A stretch of DNA of 62,587 bases, filler included, from Basidioascus undulatus (Eukaryota), in NCBI GenBank assembly GCA_000826855.1. It is 6 parts of 6 records of this genome, joined end to end, with 100 filler letters (N's around TTAATTAATTAA, not from the genome) between each part and the next. Parts side by side here need not be neighbours in the genome. Positions count along the whole stretch, not along the records: positions 23,176 to 49,996 come from JTLS01000179.1; positions 50,097 to 56,296 come from JTLS01001790.1; 4 more parts are not named here. One strand, written 5' to 3'. A model generated the notes under the pieces. It saw nothing but the letters and a program-made list of their open reading frames with translations. It was not told the origin of the DNA and did no database searches. A program made the position numbers and the translations under genes. Of the stretch, positions 38,231 to 51,186 are shown in pieces. Position 1 is the first letter of the stretch, and the number at the start of each line of letters is the position of its first letter.

Positions 38231-38717
38231 GAGAAAGAGAGTGTTGTGCGCCGATTGTGTTTGGAGGCGGAGGTGCAGAGCGACATATGCCTATATTAGG
38301 ACGGACAAGGCGAAGCAAGAAATGAAGGAGCGTGCACGCAAGAGGGCCGCGGATCGAATGTGTTCTCACGATGCGAGGATTAGCGATGCTGGTACATGCA
38401 GCGGTGTGGACGATGTGCCTGCTTGGCTTGCGATCGATCTTGCTGGAAACAGGAGATTGAGGTGTGATGTGCGAAACTGGAGCGCAGTGGGCTTCGCAAA
38501 CCGAAGCTGTTCCTAATAGGAACGGTACTGTGAGCGACATGAAGCGCGATCGCTACAAAAACTGGTCGTAAGGGTGATTGCGAGCGAGAAGTGAGCCGTA
38601 CTCCCCCACAATCCAACACACGCACGCAGCGAGTCCAGCGCGAGCATGTATCCGCATCCTCAATCCATGGACACGCCCCATCCCCCTCCCTCTCCTTCCC
38701 TCTCTCCCATGCGCACT

Positions 38718-39669
38718 CTACTCCAGGACGACCGTCGCGCCCGCCGCCTCGAGCGTCTTCTTCAGCTTCTCCGCGTCCTCCTTGGGCAGGTTGTCCTTGA
38801 GGACCTGCGGCGCGGACTCGACGAACTTCTTGGCCTGCACATCCGTAACTCACATCAGCTTCGGCCCTTCTCGGACCCCAACAGGAGAACGGGGTGATGG
38901 GGGGACGTGAGGAAAAGGGCAAGGAGAAAAGAAAGGAGGGAATGAGGAAACGAAGACGCACCTCCACCAGGTTCATGTTGGGCATGATCGCCTTGACCTC
39001 GCGAATGATCTTCGCCTTGGCGGCGGGGTCAATCTTCTCGAGCTTGACAGCGAAGATGGTCTTCTCCTTCGGCTTCTCCTGCTCGCACCATCCAGTCTAA
39101 CATCAGCCTTCCGTCCTTCCTCCTCCCATCCCTTTATCCTACTCCTCTCCCCAACGCACCTCCGCAGGCGCCTCAGCAGCAGCGGCCGGCGCGGCCGCAG
39201 CCGCACCCGCCGCGGGCATGGCGATCTCCTGGATGTTCAACCGGGTCTGTGGTTCCATTCCCCCATCATCAGCCGCCCAGCCTGGGACAGATAGGTATGG
39301 TACGAGGCGATGCACCTTCAGGAGAGCCACCAAGTCCGCCGCCTCCAGCAACGTCAGCCCCGCGATCTGGTCCACGATCCCATCCAGCTTCGGGTTGGCC
39401 GCGGGGGCGGCGGCGGCCTCTTGGGACCTCCGGGGGGTTGATGACAGGGAGCGGACGGCGAGGCTGTTTGCGAAGATCCACACACCACCACCGCCACCAG
39501 CAGGAGCCCCTCCCGAGTTCAGTCCGTGTCCACGGAATCATGAGCGCCTGACGAGAAGCGCGCACCGGGCGGAGGAGCGCGAGGAGGAAGCGCGGGCGGC
39601 GGCACGGAGGGCCGGGGCGGCGGATCGGGCCTGGAAAGCGAGAGCGGGTCTGGTGAGCACCAGAATCAT
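38718..39669 (-). CDS. MNP1: Mitochondrial ribosomal protein bL12m (L7/L12); start codon uncertain
   Basis: [48 protein letters not shown]...[42 protein letters not shown]. Confidence 0.92.
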
Positions 39670-40467
39670 TTCCTCAGAAATATAAGTCGAGAATGGCGAA
39701 CAGAGAACATGGTTAGTCGAGGGGATAGGGCGAGGAAAGAGGGAGGAAGTCGCGGTCGGACGAGCGGGGCGAAGGCAAGCGAGAAGGCAGGGGGGAGGCC
39801 ATCTTCCAACCCCGACAGGCGCACGCGAAAAGTCGGCCTAAGGGGGCACTAGCAGTGTCGAAGGGTTTCATTTTCGCGAAATTTATTTGAGCACTGTGAC
39901 ATCGTACCTCTTATTACAGCTTTTCCAGCCTCTTGAGTAGCTTCTGCGCTGATAAGAACCCTAAATTGAATGCTATTGCAGACTCAAGATCTTATGTACC
40001 GTAAAGTTAAGCTAGCCAGTATCACGGTGAGGCTGCCCTCGAAGGACTATCTTGGACTCGCAGTCTTTCAGGAGCTGAAAACTCATCAAACATCTGAGAT
40101 TACTCAAAATTATGAGTCTTTGGAGACAAGCGTTGTGTTGGCGTAGAAAGGAAGACGTTTGTCTGGCAGATCGCAACGCAGCCATGCCGGTCCTGTATAC
40201 TTTTTCACTGCAATTGCCGCAGAAGCAGCCATTGATCAACCTATAATCCCGTGAAGTATTGCAAAAAAATTACCCTTGGATACCGTTCAGCACTACAGCA
40301 AGTCTTTTTTCAACGTGTTTCTCAAGGTATCGGGCAGACATTGTAGTGTCATGCGGATTCGAACGCAGGTCCAACCCGTCAATGGCGGCCTCGCCCGTTG
40401 CTCTCTTTCTCCGCTTCATCCTCCTTCCTCCACGCTCACCTTCGCTCCGATTATTTCCATCGCAGTC

Positions 40468-41969
40468 ATGACCTTCAAACAACCATTCAAATCTCTAGAT
40501 ACAATCCTGCTCGAGCTTCTGCGCGAGATCGTGCACCATTTACCTATGAGCACCGGAAGCGTCTGTCCTCCACCTCGGCCTATCTCCGTTCGATCGCACA
40601 GCCGCACCTCTTTCGCATCCATGGTCTGCACACTATCAAAGGTGTGAAGGTCCTTATAAACCTTCGAAATGCGCTGCGGTTGATGCCGCGGCTTGGTGAG
40701 CTGGTCTCGTACGCGTCTTCACCTCAGCCTCTCGGCTTTACGCTTTTTTACAACGCTTTGGTCGCAGGAACATCTCAATCGTAGCTTCGGAACCTACCTG
40801 GATCATGTCATCGTACATAAACATCGATGATGATGACTCCCCCACAGTCGCGGAAGAGCTCGCCTGCGTCATCCGGCCTCTGCCCAACCTCGAGCGCGTC
40901 TCTCTCGCCTGCCATCCCTCGAAGCTCGAGGACGCGTGGCAGATCGCTCGCACTCTCTCTCGATACCCACGCCTTCGCGCGCTCAAAATTGATCTCTACA
41001 GCTGGCCCCGTCGATCCGTTTGCTCTCTGCACGCGCTTGTTCGAGCTCGAGCTCAAATGGTCGGGCTACGCCGGCCTCGAGGTTCACTATGACCCCGTGA
41101 AGAGCGTACGCACCGCTTCATCTGCACTTCTGAAGCTAGTGCTCATCTACGACGAGCTGCAGCTGTGCCACGAGGGTAAAGCGCGCTGCGAGGCGATCCT
41201 TCGGACGGTCTTCGAGCATGCGACGCGCCTGGAGGAGCTCGAGGTCTCGTCCAAGTCAAACTCGTTCCATCGCTTCATTTCCTCCCCGCCAGACGACCCC
41301 GCGGCGCCCCTGCTCCCGCACCTGCGTTTGCTCTCGTTCGGAGTGTACCTGATTGCCAAAGACGAGCTCATCTTCTCGCACTCTCCCGCTCTCCGTTCGC
41401 TCACTCTGCGTATCGGCGGATTCGACCTCGAAAAGATCGTGGCGTTCCTTTCCTGGACGCCGCGGCTATTTCTCCCTTGGCAGTACTCGGCGACCGCGCA
41501 GCAGCTGTGCGACCTTGCGAAGCGGGTGCCGCAGCTCGAAGAGCTCGTCATGTGGGTTGTCGAACTGGAGTCGTCTATGGTACGGCGCTTCGAAACTCAT
41601 CTTTCGACCGACTGACACCGCAGACTGGACATCGCGCAGGACGCCCTCCACGACGCGCTCTCCAAGCCCTCGCATCTCCGCGACCTCATCATCAACCACT
41701 GACCGGGCGTGCTTCCCGCGCCCGAGCCTACTTCTTCGTCGATTCACGATTCGGGGCGCGACGGTTCCAGCCCTGACTCTGTGGCTGTCGCCCAAGCGTC
41801 GTTCGTCAACAAGCTCGCGGCGGATGGCTGCCCCGCTGTCCGCAGAGTCATCTGGACGGAGCGCTCGAATCGGTTCGGCGTGCACGATAGGGTCCATCGC
41901 TTCCTCGTTCTTGATGAGGAAGACGACAAAAAGGCGTGCACTGTGGCTACACTTGTTGGAGACGTGTAG
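40468..41969 (+). pseudogene. F-box-like/LRR gene copy 2 (full length; two frameshifts and an in-frame stop)
   Basis: LLELLREIVHHLP; -1 shift at ~40543; +1 shift at ~41020; LRR-like LPHLRLLSF, PALRSLTL, PQLEELVM; TGA at 41700-41702; clear paralog of 31007-31855. Confidence 0.75.
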
Positions 41970-43564
41970 GGTACGCAGTGAGGCGCGATGCTGCTGGGGA
42001 GATGCATTGACGAGTCTGAAGCCTTCACGTCGTTTTCGCCGTATTGGCTGTGAACCAATGTCGACCTCGTCTGAACTACGTATGTAAGGTGTCACGCTGC
42101 GTTTGCGACTGCTGTGGCACGCAATGCATGTAGCTCTCTGAGGCCATGTAGCTGCCTGCCTGATTCGTCTTTCATGACCTCAGTGTGTCCTGCATCCGTT
42201 CAGAATTTTATGTCTTCTATCGGTTTTCAAAGACTGCATGTTTGGCAAGACCTGGCCGTCCTCGCCGCACGTTCTCGAACGCCTGTCCTCACCACAGGCA
42301 TCCCAAGTACATTATATACTTTCATCAGAACTTGCACCTTTTCGTGTCATGGTGTTTGCATTGGAACTTGCATGCTTTTGCACGTCAGCGCAGTCGCGGA
42401 AATGGTCGGCCGTGGTGAACAAATCCACGCTCCCTCCGCCAGCCTGTCAGAATGCCTAGGGAATGCCGATTCTAAGTGCCGTGTCGAGTGCTTCTGTTTT
42501 CCGTGAGGTATCGGTCACTGCCCCGGAACAATGACCGTACGGTTCGCAGTCTTGTCGCAGTCTGGACTGCCGCAGTTGGAGCACAGACTCAGAGGCTAAC
42601 TTGCCTGCTGACTTCACCATATGGCAGAAGATTGAATTTACGAGCTCTGCTGACGCACTTGAGGCAAACGGCCTACCACGGAGGATTTCCTGAACTCTAC
42701 GTTTGCAGCGGAACAGACATCGCTTGACTTGTGCCTCCATGGACCCTCATTACTTTTCTGCAATCTCGCCTTTCGCGACCTGCTCTGCCCTTCCTGAAGC
42801 CAAAGTGGATAGACTTCTCTGTCACAGTCCCAAAATTACGATAGGGCTCCCTCATTTATTACTCTGGTACGACAGGGGAGGGGGTGTTGCTCTGCCCAGT
42901 CAACTGTGGATGAAAGTGCCCGACTGCCGCCCTGCTGCGGCGGCTGCAGCTGCGCGCTGACTGCCGCATCGGTGAAATTACACGGGCCGAATTCAGTTTG
43001 AGCCCCGCACTCTCTCTCCCAAACATTGATAAACTCTCCTTGTGCGGTTAAATGAGAGGGCCAATTGAGTGGAACGCATATCATTCCAATGCGATGTCGC
43101 CGCAGCCAGTCAGCTGCAGCGAGTTTGCGGACCTTTGCGTTCCTGACCTTGCCCTGACCTTGCCTGATCATCTTACCCGCTCATTATATGGAGCTCCCTG
43201 ATTTGCGCAGCCACAAAGAAGAAGCGCATCACGGCGCGCGCGTACTCTGACCTTGGCGGGCTATGGGACCGCGGGAGAAGTCGCCGCCTGCCACATCGAT
43301 GAGGCCTGTGAGGTGGTGCTGTGACCGTTCTCGCGCAGTCGCCGATTGCGCGGAATGAAGATCTCCTGAAAGGTACAGAGGTACAGTATGACGGAAAGGC
43401 ACAGCCAGTGCGACGAAAGGTACACGGCATCGTCCTTTAACGCAGTGAGACGCTCGCTGGCGAGACCGCGTACAGACTGCACATATAAAGAGGGTCGCCT
43501 CGCGGCTGCTTGTCCAGCATCGACTCTCCTTCAGTTCTTTCTCTTGACTTTCCAGACTGTTCAA

Positions 43565-45559
43565 TATGGTGAATTCTACAGTTTAGCGGCGGTTCTCTTT
43601 TTCGCTGGCGCAAGCGGTACGTGCAACGCGACGCAATACCACTGCATCAGGCCGCGAACTGACATTTGCCCTTCGTCGCCCAGCGCACCCGACAGGCTCG
43701 CACCCTCACCACGCTCACGTAGTCCATCGTGATATTTTCCACTTCTCCAGCAAGATCGCCGCCAGGCAGGAGGCTGCCAAGGCGAAGCGGCAGGCGAGCC
43801 TGGCCAAGCGCGTCGAAGGGCTCGACATCGCGCCCAGTTCGATCTATCCCGAGCTCCTCAACATCCGAGCTCCTCCACATCCGAGTTTATCAACACGTGA
43901 TCACGCCGGAGGTTACGCAGAGACCGTACTACATCTACGGTGAGTCTTACGCTATTAGGGTACTTCGCACAGGGCCTCATACGCGAACCTGTGTTACAGG
44001 GGAGATGTACCAGAGGGACATCCGCGAAGAGCAGCCTGGCGTCGACGTAAGCCGTCTAGCATTCAACTCTGTCCTGGCGGGAAGTGCTGCAATATTAACG
44101 ATGATAAGTCTCATTCCCACATACACAGCTCTACCTGGACATCGGCCTGATTGACGTGAGTCCTCCAGGCCCCTGCCCTCGATTTCCTCTGCTCACCAGA
44201 AAAAACAGGTCGACACTTGCGAGCCGCTTCCGGATGCCTACGTGGACTGTCCGTATTTGAGAGTAGGCATTAAGTGTGCGTTTTCACTCACCACCTCTCT
44301 TTCCAGTCTGGCACTGCAACTCTACCGTTAGCTTTCTTTCGTTTCTCTCCCAGGCAAGACTGCTGACCATTCACGTTAACTTGGCGCAATCAGAGTTACT
44401 ACTCGGTGAGACGCATCGTCAATGCGGCAAAGTAGCACAAACTAATCTGTTGATTAATTATCGTCCAGGGCTACACCGGTATCAACCCTGACGACATGTC
44501 GCTGGAGGACGGCTACACCAAGCGCGACGACGGATCGACGGATGATCTGACCTTCATCCGGGGCTGTAAGGAGCTCTTGTTTAGGGGACATTGTATCATA
44601 CTCACATACACTGCATTGCTATTTCAGTCCAGAAAAGAAACGAGGAGGTGCGTACTACGTTGGCAAGGGCCGTGCTCCAGTCAACATCAGGTGCCTGACC
44701 GACTGGAAAACAGGGTATCGTCGAGTTCCTTTCCATCTTGTGAGATGGCCTTTAGTCTTTCATACCAAATTGCCTTATACTGACCTAGCCTTCTACTCTC
44801 GCCAATGAAAGCCCTGGGTTCTACCAGCCGCGTGCGGTGCACATCCACGTTATCGTTCACCAGAATGCGTCGCTCGCGGACAACGGTACTTTGTTTGGTG
44901 CGTGATGATCTCTTCCGTTTGGCTTCTCAGTATTCAAACCATCCAAACTGAAATTTGTTTCTCGCAGACGGCACCAGTGTCGAGACGGCACAGATACTCT
45001 TCGACGAGGCCCTGACCACCACCATTCACAACCTCGAGCCGTACTCGCAGCACAACAGTCCGCCCGCACGTGAGTCACGCAGCGGTATATTCCTGAAATT
45101 ATACTTATATGCTCTTCTTGCCGTAGCACCAACGACGAGGATATGATTTTCCTGAGTCATCGGCCAACGGTCACTGGCCTTTTGCGTCTGTCGAGCAGCT
45201 CACGGACGACATCGCGGACGGGATCATTGGTACGTGGCCTTCTTCCAAACGCCTCTAAGAACAGAGAGTGTTTATAATCATTTTTGCTCAGGCTACACCA
45301 CCATTGGCGTCGAAACGTCTTCTTCTGGTGGGAACGGCAACAACGGCGGCGGCGCAAGCCCAACTCTGTGCTCACAGCTCCCCTGCAGAATGGGACTTAC
45401 TGTAAGTGTCAAAGACTGCGGTAGTGGGTCACACAGTTCTTCGCCTCCTACCTGTCAGCGTCCGCTTCCGTCCGCGATGCCTCGGGGCTGGCTGTCGAGT
45501 CGACCCTCTTCGCCACTGCTTCCGCAACTGCTTCCGCAACTGCTACTGGGGCTCAGTAA
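43565..45559 (+). pseudogene. Serine carboxypeptidase (S10)-like relic
   Basis: RPYYIYGESYA at ~43921-43953; WQGPCSS (decayed NGGPGCSS) at ~44661; Ser/Thr/Ala-rich tail TASATASATATGAQ*; numerous disruptions. Confidence 0.5.
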
Positions 45560-46675
45560 CTGTAGCTATAGGAACATTCCCACCCCACATAAACACACAT
45601 TATGCTTCAGTCGTTTTCGTCGCCTATAGTGCGTGTTCAGCCTCCAGTGTGCAGCGGCGTTGTCATGCCATTCCCAGACTTAGGTGAACAGTGCGCAACC
45701 CTTGAAATGCTTAATATTAGAGCTGGGAAGTGCCTTCTATTATCCTTACCTTCAAATGTGGTGTTGTTCACAGTCTTTGCGAAAGGAATTGTATGGTAGA
45801 ACGCCTCACGGAAATCGCAGCGGTAAAACGGCACGACTCTCCAAGCTTGCCCCGCTTGACAGCCCTTTCAGGTAATACTAAAACATTCTTCAGTATTCAA
45901 AGCATGCTCATAGTCAGCCTGTGGTCGCCGTATTGGCAGGGCCAGCCCATGCACAGGGGCAGTGGCCGTTCAGTGATTGCGTTCAGAGGTCAGAGACTCC
46001 TCAACACAGGAATCAGCCGGACGACACATCTTGAAACCTGACAGTACAACCTGTCTTTATTACAAATGATTACAAATCCATGCATCGAGGTTATGATCGC
46101 AACATTGTTTCACGGGCCGCAGGTCACACACTACCACCGATGATAAGGTAGCCTGTTTTATATAGCCACTGCAATTGCTGTCTTCCTTCATGACTTTTGC
46201 AAAATGACCACCTCGGTGATGGCCCAACACTATATACAGCTCGTGAATCCGGTTTGCAGGTGTCAATGGAAAGCTGATGATCATGAGTGGCTCGGACTTC
46301 AGCGAGTCTGCATTGACCTAGAGCCTTTGGGCCCCGATGGCACCAATAGACTAGGTGACGAAATGCAACTGCAGGGCACGCGGTTTAGCCTTCAACGCTG
46401 TACGTCTGCGCGGCGCTTCCTCAAGCTGAAGAAGCAAGACTTCAATGCTGCCTAACTGGAATATCTACTGAAGTTTGATATTTGCTTCTTCGACACACTG
46501 TTCCCACCCCACCCACTCCCTGGCGATGCCATTCATTCCCTGACTGGCCGGTGTCTGTAGGTGCAAGTCTGTAGGTGCAGGGCCATGCTCTTCTTTCACC
46601 TTTCCGAATACCGGTTGCAGACCGCAGACGAGAGGAAGTCAGGTCACTAATAATACATGCATCGTATTGTGCTCA

Positions 46676-47921
<1,246 letters not shown>

Positions 47922-49383
47922 TTAGAATGTGGTTGTGAGAGCGAGAATGCGTGTGTGTATTATGGGGAAACGGGAACAAGAAGGCGCGGGGGGACTGCTT
48001 AAATGGAGCGAAGGGCATGCAGGGGATCGACGACAAAAGAGGGAACCAAAGTGACGTCAGTTTGGCAGTGCACGAGAAGGCAGGCCTCGCCTCCAGCCCG
48101 CTCCACTGTTGAACTGGGACGATGGCTTCATTCTGCGGGGCTCACACCGCACAGATCGAGTGATAGAATCATAGAGAACCTAACTATCTGCGAGTCTGGC
48201 GGGGCAAGCGAGGCACGCTGCGTGTGGGCTCCGGGGCCGCGGGTGGAGCGGATGCAGCGAGAAGGCTCCATCGCTTTCTCCGGAGCTGCCAGAGCTGCTT
48301 GACGACCAAAAGAGTGCTCTTCAGCCCTACAATATCAAAGGTTCTTGAATGGTCGGGAAGGTGTTGAAGAATCAAGTTGCACCCGGGGCAAGCGGGCAGC
48401 AGGAAGTGTCATGGCTACTGGCCGTATTCCGAGCGTCGGAGACCTGCTGAGGTTCCTTTGATGGCCTGCGCTGCGAGTTGTTGTACATTTCTGTACGTAT
48501 ATTTGGATCCGGGGACTTGAACTTCAGCGCATCTCGGTCCATCCCGAGATCCGGCCGCATGCAAGCTGCATACGGTAGTAGCAGTGGGGTGAGTCTATGA
48601 AGAACTTAAGACAAACACGATTCCGACACGAATTCTTTGCACCAGAGGTGACCTAGAATCAAGATTTCTTCAGGGTGTCATAAATCTTTTCTCAAATACG
48701 GTTGCCACTCGTGGTGACATGCATGCAGTGCGCCTGCACCACCTGCGCACCTGGCTGTCTGTCCTCTGGGTCCCCCCTCTGCCTGCGTACTCTTTCCAGT
48801 GGTACAGGTGAAAAGGCTGTCTAACGCACGTGAATGTCTTTTTGCTACGTGTTTGAAGGCGTACATAACCTCATGTTACCTACTTATTGGTTGAGTAGAA
48901 CCTATAAGAGGTATGTTATCCCAAGTTTAGATTTAAATGTCCGCGCTCTGGTGACAAGCAAGGCGCCAGCACAATGCAAGGTTGCACATCGTTCCGAATT
49001 TTGGACACTCCCTACACCGTTGTCTGACTTACTCTGTACAGCAGGCCTGATAGTCTAAGTTATATTTCGGGGTGAAATGGAAGGGAGTTTTTCTAATTCT
49101 ACTTCGAAAGCGTGTGACCGGAAAGACCCGCTATATTCGAGGCATGCTGCTACACGTTTCCCTAGAGAAGACTGTTATAGCACGCAGTCATATAGGATGC
49201 GAAGGGTAGAATACTAGTAAGTCGCGCTGTACTGAAAGCCAGGACATCAAAAGCAACAGCAGGACAGCTGTGTCGAGGGCTGCGACACGTTCCGTACGGC
49301 TTGCAGAACACCCGCTAGCCAGCCCCACTGTCACTTCGCTTCATCGCACCAAAGCAAGCATCATCCCCACCACCCTACACAAA

Positions 49384-49734
49384 ATGGGTATTTCTCTCAA
49401 AGGCGCCACCTCCGACGCTCGCCCGGCACCAACTCCCGGAATCCTCACCGAACCCGTCGCCTACTCAACCGCTTGCCTGTACAGATGCCGCGTCGACTGG
49501 ACTCCAGAGGACGAGTGGCGCTTCAGCGCCACCAACATCTACGAGTGGGCGGCACAAGTCGACCGCCTTGACACTGCCATCGAAAACCTGCAGGCTCAGC
49601 GCGCGCAGCTGCTTGACTCGCGAAGCCCTGGGGCTGCCGACCCGGCGCCAAACATCGTGAAACTGAAGGACTCTATCGAGGCTCTGCACGAGGAGATGTA
49701 TAGGCACAAGTGGTTTCGCGGTGAATTGACCTAG
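49384..49734 (+). CDS. Hypothetical 116-aa protein with a coiled-coil-like C-terminal half
   Basis: ATG in caaaATG context; coding-like composition; VDRLDTAIENLQAQRAQLL...LKDSIEALHEEM. Confidence 0.4.
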   Translation: MGISLKGATSDARPAPTPGILTEPVAYSTACLYRCRVDWTPEDEWRFSATNIYEWAAQVDRLDTAIENLQAQRAQLLDSRSPGAADPAPNIVKLKDSIEALHEEMYRHKWFRGELT

Positions 49735-49996
49735 TTCTATGTCTGCACATATAGAGTTTGATTACTGACCCGAGGAATTCGTGGCACCTCTTCCCATTCA
49801 GGCCTCCACAAGCGTCTTGAAGCCTTCCTCGAAACAGAGTCTGCGAGACGCAAGCTCTGCTCGAACGCCGTAGGATACACCTTTTACTGCATAGATCGTG
49901 CAATTCTCCCTGGCTCGGCGCCCCTTCCCCTCCGAGCAGGCTAATATTGACAATGCTCTTTGAAGAGTTTTTTTTCATATTTTTCTGTGTTACAGT

Positions 49997-50096
49997 NNNN
50001 NNNNNNNNNNNNNNNNNNNNNNNNNNNNNNNNNNNNNNNNTTAATTAATTAANNNNNNNNNNNNNNNNNNNNNNNNNNNNNNNNNNNNNNNNNNNN
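49997..50096. other. Artificial contig linker
   Basis: N-TTAATTAATTAA-N. Confidence 0.98.
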
Positions 50097-51136
50097 AACT
50101 GGGTAACGAATTTGAACCAAAGGGAGCACACAGCAGGGGGAAATACAAGGGTACAGGGGAATACAGGGGAGATGGTCGCGGGAAGAAGGCAAGGAACACG
50201 AAGGCAGGGAACTTCGAAGGCGGCAGGCGAAGGCGGAACGAAGAAGGCCGCGAGGGCAGGACGCTTGGAACGCAAAGTACGAGGCGGAGCCGTGTCGTCT
50301 GTCTGACCGCTGTCCGGATCCGCGAATTAATCACGCGTCTTTTCACTCCCTCAGGCCCCCGAAAGAATATCGAAGGTCATGCTCCTCATATGTAAGCGCC
50401 GCGAGCTCCGCAGCGGCTGGCCCCATGGAAAATACGAGAATCCCCCGAGGGGAGGCAGGCACAACCGTGCGCTCTCGATGGAGAGCAGGTGGGAATGCGG
50501 ACGGCCAGGGACGTCGCTGCCGGAATGGCGCGCTCGAAGGCGGCTTCCCCAGGCCCGTCGGGGAAAGTCCTCCAAATCCGATCGGGGAGCGATTTGTTCT
50601 GCACACGCACAGTAGACAATATAATACCACTGATGCGATAAGCATCAACGATTATCATATACACACAAGCCAACGCACCTTGAAACATCACTGTAACGCA
50701 TCCCAGAGCTTCAGGCTGCATATGGATGCTGCAGCGCGTCTATGTCTTCACCGAAGTGAGCACAAAGATCGACAGCTCGCTCCGGGCCGATCGCAAAGAT
50801 GAGCGCCGCGTGGTGCACGTGGCTGTCTGCTGCGGACGCAACGTCCAAGACTTTGCATCTTGGCCTCTGTGCCTGTCGGAGAGGGTCGGGCAACATTGTG
50901 CGGACAAGTGGGATGAGGCTTCTGTTCGAGAAAAAGAAAGAGAAGCCAAGGGGTTCCTTTTCTGGATGTTTCTATTTTGTTTCAAGATGGAGGGGAGGGG
51001 CAGCCCTGCGTTGGGAAGTCCTCGGAGCTGCGATTCAGCTGAGCTGGGAAGAGCTTGAAGGGATGTGTTCACTACCAACCGCTATAGCTTGAAATACTTC
51101 TATAAAAACTTCATGTTTCTTGAAATGCATATGGCC

Positions 51137-51186
51137 TTCGGAATCGGTCTTCGGAATCGGTCTTCGGAATCGGTCTTCGGAATCGG
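51137..51186. repeat. Perfect 13-bp tandem repeat (TTCGGAATCGGTC), ~3.8 copies
   Basis: Units start at 51137, 51150, 51163 and 51176. Confidence 0.95.

Noticed and set aside
50555..50600. GGAAAGTCC resembling RNase P/MRP CR-I
   Set aside because: No matching CR-V/P4 partner strand found at a suitable position
51137..51186. CRISPR-like array
   Set aside because: Units are contiguous 13-mers without spacers, there are no cas genes, and the context is eukaryotic
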